Part shown: piece after piece, positions 55,613-64,000 of the stretch
Position numbering within the stretch: position 1 is the first letter of the stretch
Layout of the letters: each line of letters begins with the position of its first letter
Assembly (NCBI GenBank): GCA_051003195.1
Contig: JBPCLP010000019.1
Span: 1-64,000, forward strand
Direction: 5' to 3'
Length of the DNA stretch: 64,000 nucleotides
DNA from: Candidatus Sumerlaeaceae bacterium
GTDB lineage: Bacteria > Sumerlaeota > Sumerlaeia > Sumerlaeales > Sumerlaeaceae
Notes under the pieces: model-generated
Told to the model about the DNA's origin: nothing
The model's database searches: none
Seen by the model: only the letters and a program-made list of their open reading frames with translations
Program-made: the position numbers and the translations under genes

Positions 55613-57718
55613 TTAGTGTGCACTATCTGACATTTTCGTCAGCCAGTCTTTCCAGATTGCAGGCTTCGCAAGACACGGCATGAACACTCCGCCAACCACA
55701 GAACGTGCCCGAAAGCCAACGTGCTTCGGGGCCTTTGTTTCAAACCAGTCAGATAGTGGAACCCTGTCTGGTGTTTCATTCGCAAAGTCGAACAGCGGAT
55801 CCACAAGTGCCGTGAAGTCGTCACGTTTGGTTGCAAGCGTGGCCGACCATACTACCCAGTCCAGTTTGGTGTAATCTTTTCGGTTGTCCAGGGGGAGACC
55901 AAAACGGTTCTGTTTTTTCAGGTACCAGGCGACCTCTTTCTCCGCGACGCTAACCGGAAACAGGTTAAAGCCGAGTACCCGATCCCATACAAGATTGTAT
56001 TTCTGGCTCCACGTTCCAGGGGAATCAAAAGTTAAACGGTAGTGATCTCCATCATCGGCCTTTTTCATCCATTCGGCTGCCATCTCTTTAGCAAGAGTAA
56101 GGTACCTGGTGCTATCTTCGGTCTTGCCCAGCTGATTTGCCAGCCGTGCGAAGCCGGCGATACCCATAATTGCCTTTAGCGAAAGATTGGTGTTGTGCGC
56201 GAGGTGTCCCGCAAAGTCGTCGGTGCAAAGCTGATTTTCAGGATCCATCCCTTTCTGGTGCAGATAGTTCGCCCACTTCTGCAACAGCGGCCAGTATCTG
56301 TCAGCATAGGAAGCGTTACCTTCAGCGTGCGCCAGTGCTGCCAGCAGTATCAACATGTTACCGGTTTCCTCGACCGGCATCTGGTTCTCCTCGGTGCGTT
56401 CGCCGCCTCCGTATGCCTGTCCGTTGGCACGCGGATATGTACCCAGGTCGTGCGGAGCGAATGGGAACTTCCATCGGCTTGAACTGGAGTAGTCGAGCAG
56501 GGGAGTCAGCTGCGCTTTTAAAAGCGGCGGACTCATAAGCAGAAAGAGTGGCGCAGCGGGATAAATGACATCGACGGTCGCCATGCACCCATTGCTGAAG
56601 TTCTCCTTCGAGAAGTGCAGCGGCGTCCCGTCAAAATCTGCCACCAGTTTGCTGGCTGCCAGGCACTGCCGATACGATAGGGCAGCCAGCGCCGCGTATT
56701 TAGGCCCGCCCACTTCTTCCAGGGTTTTTATGAGACGCTTATCAAAGTCTTCGCAGCGCTCCCGAATCGGTTCCGCCTCTTTTAATGCCGCACTTAAAAG
56801 CTCGTGCACTCCCCAGCCGTTGCGGCGCCAGTAAGGGCGCAACTTGCGTTGCAGGTACTCTACGCTGTACTCATCATCGTAGGCGAGCATAAGCGTGGCA
56901 CTTAAAGGAGCAGTGGAAACCTTGCCGAGCTTAAACTCTGTTGCAAGCACCGGCAGGGCGTCATTGGCGGGGCGAGGTGTGTTCAGGTCGTCACTGATGG
57001 GAATAGTGCCGTGCTGCGCAAAAGCAATACGCGCCAGCCGGCCGTCATAGATCACGTCACTTGCACCGGGTGGCGGCACCAGGTACAGGTATCCCCAGTC
57101 AATGCGCAGGTCATCACCAACCTTCTGCAGCACAGGTTGCTCTACGCTGCCAATACGGAGCACCTGCCTGCCAGCGACTTTTACGCGGCTTAAGGCAACC
57201 TTCTGCACCGGGTGGTTCACTACAGCTTCACCCGAGCAGTCGAAGTAGGCGCTCACCTCATGATCATTCCCATCCTTTGACGTGACGCTCAGTTCGATGT
57301 AAGTTACGGGTCGCGAGAGCAGGTCGAGGTCATCCGGGAGCATAGGAGACAGGAACGTCAGCGCAAGTTGTACACTGGATGTTTCAAACGTATAGATGGT
57401 TCGCGTTGGCAGGATGGACACACACTTCTGTTCCATGGCCGGAACATCTCCGGGCTCAGGACCGAGGAAGCGATAAGGTTTCCCATCAATGCGCAGCAAC
57501 CCAGCCATCGACTGGCTTGCACCGGTCCAATGCCGTGGAGGTGTATCGGTCAGCTTATCCGACATGGACCAGATACTGAAGTAGGTATCGTGACAGATGA
57601 GTGGAACAGCGGGCGGACGCAGACTTGTTGAAGTAGTCGAGCCGCAGGGAGCTTGTGCGGTCGCCGTTGATACTGCAGTTACCAAAAGTGCCATTAAAAG
57701 AGCCTGGTTCAATTTCAT
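55613..57718 (-). CDS. GtaA-like 'glutaminase' / six-hairpin glycosidase-like protein (DUF5127/DUF4965/DUF1793)
   Basis: LRPPAVPLI..D.YFSIWS, IDWGYLY, SKENFSNGC..TVDV, HDLGTYP, MPVEETGNM, CTDDFAGH, QKYNLVWD, ARSVVGG. Confidence 0.88.
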   Translation of the reverse strand: MKLNQALLMALLVTAVSTATAQAPCGSTTSTSLRPPAVPLICHDTYFSIWSMSDKLTDTPPRHWTGASQSMAGLLRIDGKPYRFLGPEPGDVPAMEQKCVSILPTRTIYTFETSSVQLALTFLSPMLPDDLDLLSRPVTYIELSVTSKDGNDHEVSAYFDCSGEAVVNHPVQKVALSRVKVAGRQVLRIGSVEQPVLQKVGDDLRIDWGYLYLVPPPGASDVIYDGRLARIAFAQHGTIPISDDLNTPRPANDALPVLATEFKLGKVSTAPLSATLMLAYDDEYSVEYLQRKLRPYWRRNGWGVHELLSAALKEAEPIRERCEDFDKRLIKTLEEVGGPKYAALAALSYRQCLAASKLVADFDGTPLHFSKENFSNGCMATVDVIYPAAPLFLLMSPPLLKAQLTPLLDYSSSSRWKFPFAPHDLGTYPRANGQAYGGGERTEENQMPVEETGNMLILLAALAHAEGNASYADRYWPLLQKWANYLHQKGMDPENQLCTDDFAGHLAHNTNLSLKAIMGIAGFARLANQLGKTEDSTRYLTLAKEMAAEWMKKADDGDHYRLTFDSPGTWSQKYNLVWDRVLGFNLFPVSVAEKEVAWYLKKQNRFGLPLDNRKDYTKLDWVVWSATLATKRDDFTALVDPLFDFANETPDRVPLSDWFETKAPKHVGFRARSVVGGVFMPCLAKPAIWKDWLTKMSDSAH

Positions 57719-57985
57719 AGATGCACCTACCGAAGCAGTTGAAAGACAATGTCCAGTCTGGAAGTATGAGCTTGTAAAGAAACCGCCTGGGCTGGCAGAC
57801 TCCGGCAGTACTCAACCATGGTTGTATAGGTCAGGGTATCATCTTATCTGTGACGGTCACGTACTCATGGCTCGTATGGAAGAACGACCCGCAGCGTGCG
57901 TGATTTTTAACACGGCGTCCGGCAGCCGTTCGCCAAAAAGGAATTTTATCAGTCCCGGGTTTTCTTTGACCGAAAATGGAGATTT

Positions 57986-59980
57986 TTACCGCTGTTCGCG
58001 GTACATCCGCCAGCACAAAAAGACATATATTGCGAACAGGATAAACATCACCCAGCTGCCCTCTTGCATTGCTTTTCGTACTCCTCCAAAACCCACCATC
58101 ATTACGGTAGCCAAGATCGGGGCGAACGCCTGCAGCGTCATAATTGCCCGTTTATTAGGGCGTGAAGTCGGTTTTTGCCCACTCCGAAACGCGAGCCAGC
58201 AAACAAGCAGGAAAAGAATTCCCAACAAAAGAGTCAGAACACCGTTTTGCTGTAAACTTTTCCGGACGGTACCAAAGCCCAAAAGGGCGACGACCGGTAA
58301 GACGATCATACCTGCACGGGTGACCCACCAAAAACGGTTCGCCGACTGCTCGACTATGACTGCCGGAAGCACTCCGATGTTCTTTACGCGTTCTGCTTCT
58401 TGTTGTGAGTGTGCGCGTTCTCGACGCTCGTTTAGATTGTTGATGCGCTGAGCAAGAAGTTCCGCCCGCTGCAGGCGGTACGCGGCTTCGCCATCCACAC
58501 AGTCCGCAATGTCCTGCCGCAATAATGGATCTGGCACCTTGCGCTCCCAGCCCGGCGCCAGCGCCGTGGTGAGGTTTGCACTCACCATCTGATATAGAAT
58601 GACGCCAACTGCATAAATATCTGACAACGTAGTCGCTGGCTTCCCTTCCAGAAGCTCCGGCGCCATATAGAGCCGCGTGCCTGTGCGCGAGCTTTCCGGC
58701 GCCATCGCGGATATCGATTCCGTCAGCCCGGTGTTCGTGATACCGTGCATCGCGAGCAGCTCGTAGTCGGTAATGAGACCAATTCCGAAATCCGTCAGGC
58801 GGGCGCGCGGCTGTCTGTCAGGCCCTTCCACGATTAGGATGTTGGATGGCTTAACATCCTTGTGCAGCACACCGACACCGTGGGCCGCCGCGAGCGCGTT
58901 GGCGATTTGCGCGACAAGTTTGAGCCTAATCTCGAGCGGCACATTCCAGATGCCACCCTTTTGCTCGGCCCACTGCAGAAGGTTGCCGCCGTGTGTGTAC
59001 TCGAGTTCCAGGTAATAAGGTGCTTCGTCGAAGCGCCAGTCGAGCACGCGTGCAATATCTTCACGCTCGCCCAGTGCTTCTTTCAGCAGACGAAAGAGCG
59101 TGACCTCGCGTTTGAGACCGCGCAGCCGCTCAGCCTGGAAGCAGAACTTGAACACCCGCGGGTCGTTGGTCTTTGCGTGACGCGCTAGCCACACTTCCCC
59201 GAAACCGCCTTCGCCCAGCTTGTCCACCAACGTGAAATTTGGTCGCCCGGGGACCGCCTGCCCCGGCGCCGGCCTCCAGCCGAGCACTGCCTCTTCTCCC
59301 GGCGCCAGGACCCTACGCGCTTTGTCCGTGTCTGGCGGCGGTACAAGCGGCGCTTTACCGGGCGCTCCCGCTTCGAAAATCTCCTGCGGGTCTTCGATGC
59401 CAGCAAGCATATAGCGACCGTGCGCAAGCCACAAGAGCTCTGATGGAAGGTTTGCGTCGCCCACTGCTGCACGACGGGCGAGATCAAATGCCGTGCGAGA
59501 CAGGAGCGTCTGCCCGCCTTGCGCGAGGCTCATTAAACGTGCGGTTTGAGGCTTGGCCAGTCCTTCGATTTCCCACACTTTTGCGCCGATCGCAATGTCT
59601 GCATCCGAATTACGCCGTAGAATCACTTCTGCGACATGAATTCCCGCGCGGCAGCGCAACCGCTCGGGCGAGATTCCCTCTTCCATTGCCATATGTTCGA
59701 TCGCTTCATGAACCGAGAGGCAGTAGCGCACTGCATCGAGGGCGCGATCGAAGAGGATTAGAAACCCGTCCGTCTTATCAATCTCGCGGCCGGATTTGGC
59801 AACCAGAAGATCGCGCATCACTCGATCAATGCGAATCCAAAGTTGCGCGCTTCGTATGTCGCCGAGCTCTTCCGTCAACTTCGTGCTGCGAACGAAATCA
59901 GTGACAAGGATTGCCTGCATGATCGGCGCGGGCGCGTTAGTTGTCGGCGTTAGATACGTAGGTGTGGTAATGGTAGTCAT
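57986..59980 (-). CDS. Class III nucleotidyl-cyclase domain + Hanks-type Ser/Thr kinase + C-terminal TM helices
   Basis: VTDFVRST, EIDKTDGF, RAGIH, EGLAKPQTARL, then GEGGFGEV, VFK, HKDVKPSN, DFG, YMAPE, then ~4 hydrophobic helices. Confidence 0.88.
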   Translation of the reverse strand: MTTITTPTYLTPTTNAPAPIMQAILVTDFVRSTKLTEELGDIRSAQLWIRIDRVMRDLLVAKSGREIDKTDGFLILFDRALDAVRYCLSVHEAIEHMAMEEGISPERLRCRAGIHVAEVILRRNSDADIAIGAKVWEIEGLAKPQTARLMSLAQGGQTLLSRTAFDLARRAAVGDANLPSELLWLAHGRYMLAGIEDPQEIFEAGAPGKAPLVPPPDTDKARRVLAPGEEAVLGWRPAPGQAVPGRPNFTLVDKLGEGGFGEVWLARHAKTNDPRVFKFCFQAERLRGLKREVTLFRLLKEALGEREDIARVLDWRFDEAPYYLELEYTHGGNLLQWAEQKGGIWNVPLEIRLKLVAQIANALAAAHGVGVLHKDVKPSNILIVEGPDRQPRARLTDFGIGLITDYELLAMHGITNTGLTESISAMAPESSRTGTRLYMAPELLEGKPATTLSDIYAVGVILYQMVSANLTTALAPGWERKVPDPLLRQDIADCVDGEAAYRLQRAELLAQRINNLNERRERAHSQQEAERVKNIGVLPAVIVEQSANRFWWVTRAGMIVLPVVALLGFGTVRKSLQQNGVLTLLLGILFLLVCWLAFRSGQKPTSRPNKRAIMTLQAFAPILATVMMVGFGGVRKAMQEGSWVMFILFAIYVFLCWRMYREQR

Positions 59981-60064
59981 TTCGCTGAGCCCGACACCCA
60001 TTCATGAGCCCATTGAGAACGAACTTCAATGGATTTCTGTGATTCTATCAGATATTCACGCAAT

Positions 60065-60102
60065 GTGACTTTGCAAATTACGAGTGACTGTGCAAATTAC
60101 GA
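60065..60102. repeat. 19-bp tandem direct repeat upstream of the cyclase-kinase gene
   Basis: gtgactttgcaaattacga / gtgactgtgcaaattacga (18/19 identical). Confidence 0.75.
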
Positions 60103-60353
60103 CGACGGAGCAGCAGCGCGTTGAGCGTATCCTTCACGAGCGGGAGCTAAGGCGGTTTGGGAGTTCTGGGGACGGAGTTCTGAGGACAGCTCCCGCTCTC
60201 ACAGGAAACTGCCTTGCAACGCATCGTCAGTATCGGGCCAATTTGGGGCAGGTTATGCATTGATTTCCTTAGGGCTGCTGGATAGCCTCATTCCATGGGT
60301 CGATCAGGTGTGCTGAGCGAATGAATTAGGACACGTATTGATAATCTGTTTCG

Positions 60354-60584
60354 ATGAAGACACTCGAAAGAATTACATCCGATCCTGCCGTGATGGGCGG
60401 CAAGCCTTGCATACGCGGAATGCGTGTTACCGCGGGAATGCTCGTCGAGCAACTGGCTGAAGGCCGCACAATGGAAGAGATACTGGTGGCATTTCCGTAT
60501 CTCGAACGTGAGGATATTCTGCAGGCGCTGTCTTACGCGGCCTGGCGTACTGAAGAATTAGAGGTTCCGATCAGCACGATTTGA
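60354..60584 (+). CDS. DUF433 antitoxin (VapB45-like)
   Basis: RITSDPAVMGGKPCIRGMRV...EEILVAFPYLEREDILQALSYAA. Confidence 0.92.
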   Translation: MKTLERITSDPAVMGGKPCIRGMRVTAGMLVEQLAEGRTMEEILVAFPYLEREDILQALSYAAWRTEELEVPISTI

Positions 60585-60947
60585 AAGTGCTGCTGGGCAT
60601 GAACGTCAGCCCGGCCTATGTGCCGGTGCTGGCCGCGGCAGGGCACCAGTGTAGTCATTGGGCGGAGATTGGTGCGGTCACGGCGCCCGACGTTGAGATA
60701 GCGTCTTACGCACGTGAACATGGGCTACACAATCATAACGCACGATCTGGATTTTGGAACGCTCCTTGCGCTCTCGCGTGCAGCCGGTCCTAGCATAGTG
60801 CTCGTTCGCGGCGAGGATGTCATTGCCTCGGCCGAAAATGACGTTCTTGTGCGGTGCCTGAACCGGTTCAGAAATGAGCTGGAACGAGGCGCGCTGATCT
60901 CGCTGACTCCTCAAAACGAGAGGGTGCGTATTCTACCATTAGGGTAA
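60581..60947 (+). pseudogene. DUF5615 PIN-like toxin (VapC45-like), frameshifted
   Basis: MKVLLGMNVSP...APDVEIASYAREHG then, in another frame, YTIITHDLDFG...GPSIV...RVRILPL. One extra base at ~60722-60725, and Gly in place of the first conserved Asp. Confidence 0.85.
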
Positions 60948-61092
60948 TTGGGTAATTTAGACCTGCTTCAGTTCTGTGGACAGTGGACGCGCGCGAGTCG
61001 ATAGGAGCGTGACATGGTAGCAATAACCACGAACCGCGACGCGAGCCCCACCGTCCCCGAATTTGCGAATTTGCTGTTATTGCAGCCCCTGA

Positions 61093-64000
61093 TCAGTAAA
61101 GATACCAATCGATGACCTGGGATGCCGCGGCGGTCGAGAATGAGTACACCGTACCGGATGTTTCGCCCATGACGTTAACTGAGTCCACTCGCCAGTAATA
61201 TGTAGTTCCGGGGTTGAGATTTGCAGCCTCGGCTTGTGTGGAGATCAGATTGGAAACAAAAGGCGGTGGATTGCTCGTTCCCAAATAGAAGTTATAGCTG
61301 TCTGCTCCGGCTGCCGGGTTCCAGGTTAACGTAAACGTGGGCGGCAGGTTCGTTGCGCCGTCGGGCGGGAACGGATTGTTTACAGCGGACGGGCGGCTTT
61401 TGACCTCAAGGTTCACAGTCGCTGTCGTGTACTGATTCTCGGGATCATTACTTATTACCGTTGCCGATCCGGAGTAAAAGCCGTCTGTGAGTTCGTAAGT
61501 TGCGACAGTTAATAGTGCCGTGCCGGCCGATTGCGGCGCAACACTGGCGGCTATTGTGGCGGGACTTCCGGACAGCCATGATTTCTCGACCGTGATCCGC
61601 TGCTGATACGTATTCATATTATTCGCATTCGAGGCGGTTGCGCCCAGCGGATAGCTGTCGATGCCGTAGCCGTTACGCTGGACACCAAAGGCATAGTTTG
61701 CCGGCAGCGCATCAGAGCTATAGGGATACGTTACAGTTGCTCCCGTCCAGCCGACCGCGACGATGTAGAATCTGCCGGCTGTGAGGGGAACGGTTATGTT
61801 GCCGCTCGAGTAAAAAGTTGATCCTGCTCCCGTATGTGATACGTTGCCGTTGTAGATGCTGTTATAAGTTCCCGAAGTTGTCGATGACTCAAATACCACA
61901 TAGTTCAGGGAGAGGTTGCCGCTGAATTCCAGGCGCGGTTCGATCTTTTTCAGGATGCCATTCTCTGTGGCTTCGTATATGCATCCACGGTAACGATTAT
62001 TACCGGCCGCAGCCAGGGCACCGGTGCCGACCGTCTGAACTGCGGTCGTTGTCATAGTGGCCGCGGTTTGTACAATGAATTGCAGGCCGACGGCTCCGGC
62101 GGCAGCCTCATTCCTGACAACCAGGCTTGTTGTCTCGACGGTATTCGGCTCAAGGCGCAGGTTGAACAGTTCGGGCGATATAGCTATAACTGGCGCCAAA
62201 TTCAAGCAGGCGATGTATGAGCTTAAATCGTTTTCTACAAATCCGACAGGCAAACCAAATCCCTGAGAAAGACCAGCAATTCCGTCCGTTGCGGCAATTG
62301 CAAGATAGGTCAGGTGGATCCTTCCGTCGAAGAACAGCTCGTACTGGAAGCTGTTGGTCGAGGACAGACCATACTCTGGAACCAAATTAAAGGTCACCGC
62401 GACTTTATCAATGCTCTGTTTCCATGAAACGGCTCCACCGGCTCCGGGATTCAGGTCGTCATACAAGGCTGAAATTCTGGCAGTCGAAAAGTGCTTGCTC
62501 AGATCCTCGGTGTAGTCTGAATCACCCGATCCGAAGGTGATGTTTCCGTTGGAATTGACGTAGAATGACGAGTAGGCGGTTCCATACAGGTAAATCTGAG
62601 CTCCGCCAGTAAGGGTGACAAGCGCCGCGCCGTCATCAGGCAATGCAAGCGATGTTCCTCCGGCGGGGTCAGTCGGATAAGCCGCAGCCGCATCCGAGCA
62701 AGCGCCGTAAAAACTGCTGCTCGAATTGGGAGTAAACTTAATTGTTTTGTTATCCAGGTCATTGTCGCCGGTGAACTGCTCGGTCAAGTAATCGGGCTGA
62801 ACAAGGATGAACTGGAAACACGTCCCGCCGTTATCGTTTGTGGACAAATTGCCGGCTTCGTCCGCCGCCTCTACGCGGTAATAATAGGTTGTATCGGGCG
62901 TCAGGCCGCCTAACGAAATCGTGTGAGTGGTATTCAACGAACCGACAGCGCTCTGTTGAGTCAAAGCCTCGCACGAAGTTCCGAAACGCACCGTGGCGGT
63001 AGCAGGTTCATCCGTATTGAACGAAATAATTACGGAGCCGCCAAACAGGCTGGACGTCGTGACGTTGCTGATCACGGGCCCTGTGCCGTCGATCTGCGCC
63101 GAATCGACAACGGTCGCACTATTCGAAGTGCCGTCATCTGTATCGAAGTATGAGGCCAGGAGCAGGTCTCCATCCTGCACCTGGATAATGCCGTCGGCGG
63201 GAACGACCGACCCGGTTGCAAGCGGCACGTTACCTCGGAAAATACCGGCAGGCCCGTCTGCGGGCAGAAGAATTGTTTCTGATGTGGTTTCCGACGTGCT
63301 TGATAACAGTACAGCCACTGTCGGCTGTCCGGCCAGGTCTCCGTCCAATACGGCAACTTCGGCTGTTCCTCCTGGAGGATACTTGTTACGGTCCAGGCTG
63401 ATTGCTCCCCGGCTGAGCTTCAGGACGAGCGTGACCGATGTAACGTTGCCGGCGGTAACGGAAATGGAACCGACTGTCCGCTCACCGACATTACTCTTGG
63501 TACCCGTAAGTGAGTGACTGGAGCCCGGCGGCACATCAAGAATAGAGAAGAAGCCGTCATGTGCTGATAAGTAGTTATAGCTGTCGCCTGCGCGTTTGAC
63601 TTTCGCATCCACAACAGGGCTGCCGTTCATGTCGACGACGTAGCCGGTAATGATTCCGCTGGTGGGAGCGGATTTCCAGGGCATATCAGGCAAAAGGGCC
63701 GGCTCCTGATAGCGCTGGGTAAGAAAGCTGTTCCAGTACGCGCCCATTGAGCTATAAGAAAAAACCGTATGCCCGTGCGCGTTCTGCAGTCGTGTTTGAG
63801 CATGCTCGTCCAGCAGGGCGCTCACTGTTTTTGCGCCCGAGTTTGTGGTGCTGCCCGCTACAACGTGGCGGTCGCCGCGTCGTTCCATCCAATCCTGGAG
63901 AAGCAGCTCGAAAGGGTGCGAGCTTCCCACCTGCCAGTATATCTGCGGCACCATGAAATCGAGCACATGAGAATTCAGCCAGCCCCAGCTGTCCTGATAC
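61093..64000 (-). CDS. Large secreted GHL10 (DUF187) protein, C-terminal part, with carboxypeptidase-regulatory-like and FN3/Ig-like domains, ending SQVIDWYLY (5' end outside the window)
   Basis: QDSWGWL..LDFMVPQIYW, PALLPDMPWK, HTISLGGLTPDTTYYYRV, LNPGTTYYWRVDSVN. The frame is open to the window end. Confidence 0.85.
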   Translation of the reverse strand, partial: YQDSWGWLNSHVLDFMVPQIYWQVGSSHPFELLLQDWMERRGDRHVVAGSTTNSGAKTVSALLDEHAQTRLQNAHGHTVFSYSSMGAYWNSFLTQRYQEPALLPDMPWKSAPTSGIITGYVVDMNGSPVVDAKVKRAGDSYNYLSAHDGFFSILDVPPGSSHSLTGTKSNVGERTVGSISVTAGNVTSVTLVLKLSRGAISLDRNKYPPGGTAEVAVLDGDLAGQPTVAVLLSSTSETTSETILLPADGPAGIFRGNVPLATGSVVPADGIIQVQDGDLLLASYFDTDDGTSNSATVVDSAQIDGTGPVISNVTTSSLFGGSVIISFNTDEPATATVRFGTSCEALTQQSAVGSLNTTHTISLGGLTPDTTYYYRVEAADEAGNLSTNDNGGTCFQFILVQPDYLTEQFTGDNDLDNKTIKFTPNSSSSFYGACSDAAAAYPTDPAGGTSLALPDDGAALVTLTGGAQIYLYGTAYSSFYVNSNGNITFGSGDSDYTEDLSKHFSTARISALYDDLNPGAGGAVSWKQSIDKVAVTFNLVPEYGLSSTNSFQYELFFDGRIHLTYLAIAATDGIAGLSQGFGLPVGFVENDLSSYIACLNLAPVIAISPELFNLRLEPNTVETTSLVVRNEAAAGAVGLQFIVQTAATMTTTAVQTVGTGALAAAGNNRYRGCIYEATENGILKKIEPRLEFSGNLSLNYVVFESSTTSGTYNSIYNGNVSHTGAGSTFYSSGNITVPLTAGRFYIVAVGWTGATVTYPYSSDALPANYAFGVQRNGYGIDSYPLGATASNANNMNTYQQRITVEKSWLSGSPATIAASVAPQSAGTALLTVATYELTDGFYSGSATVISNDPENQYTTATVNLEVKSRPSAVNNPFPPDGATNLPPTFTLTWNPAAGADSYNFYLGTSNPPPFVSNLISTQAEAANLNPGTTYYWRVDSVNVMGETSGTVYSFSTAAASQVIDWYLY

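Noticed and set aside
60715..60730. Programmed frameshift in the PIN toxin
   Set aside because: No slippery heptamer, and a second inactivating substitution favours decay or sequencing error.

Overview
64 kb of a GC-rich bacterial chromosome, probably Candidatus Sumerlaeota (BRC1). This lineage call is an inference from secreted proteins ending in PVTMSAFTAE* and SQVIDWYLY*. The window has four parts. (1) 0.5-15.4 kb is a dense signalling island: two PAS/HisKA_3 kinase + NarL-type regulator pairs, a 3xPAS HisKA kinase, two Rcp1-like single-domain receivers and two REC-PAS-GGDEF-EAL proteins. A Fic protein and a YciF-like ferritin follow. (2) 18-36.5 kb and 45.7-57.7 kb hold carbohydrate and cell-envelope genes (Gfo/Idh/MocA, HEAT, amidohydrolase-DUF1080, GHL10, SSS transporter, DUF4037, GH106-like, PhyH, GH4, GH78, an unclassified large GH, Kelch, nucleoside hydrolase-like, GtaA-like). 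(3) 36.7-45.6 kb is a mosaic of cargo-like genes: an 8-repeat propeller, a TPR protein, a GT-C-like membrane protein, an amidase and a CPBP protease. (4) 58-64 kb holds a class III cyclase-Ser/Thr kinase-TM fusion, a DUF433/DUF5615 TA pair with a broken toxin, and a large GHL10 surface protein. The main structure not explained by the genes is a set of mobile-DNA signatures: one Y1/HUH (IS200/RAYT-like) transposase with REP-like palindromic ends that reads in frame into the next gene, three 5' stubs of such transposases, recurring tandem-duplicated CGTCCCC/CTGACCCC end motifs next to single genes, and a 64-bp terminal inverted repeat (3 copies) that brackets a CPBP gene with no transposase. I found no rRNA, tRNA or CRISPR array.
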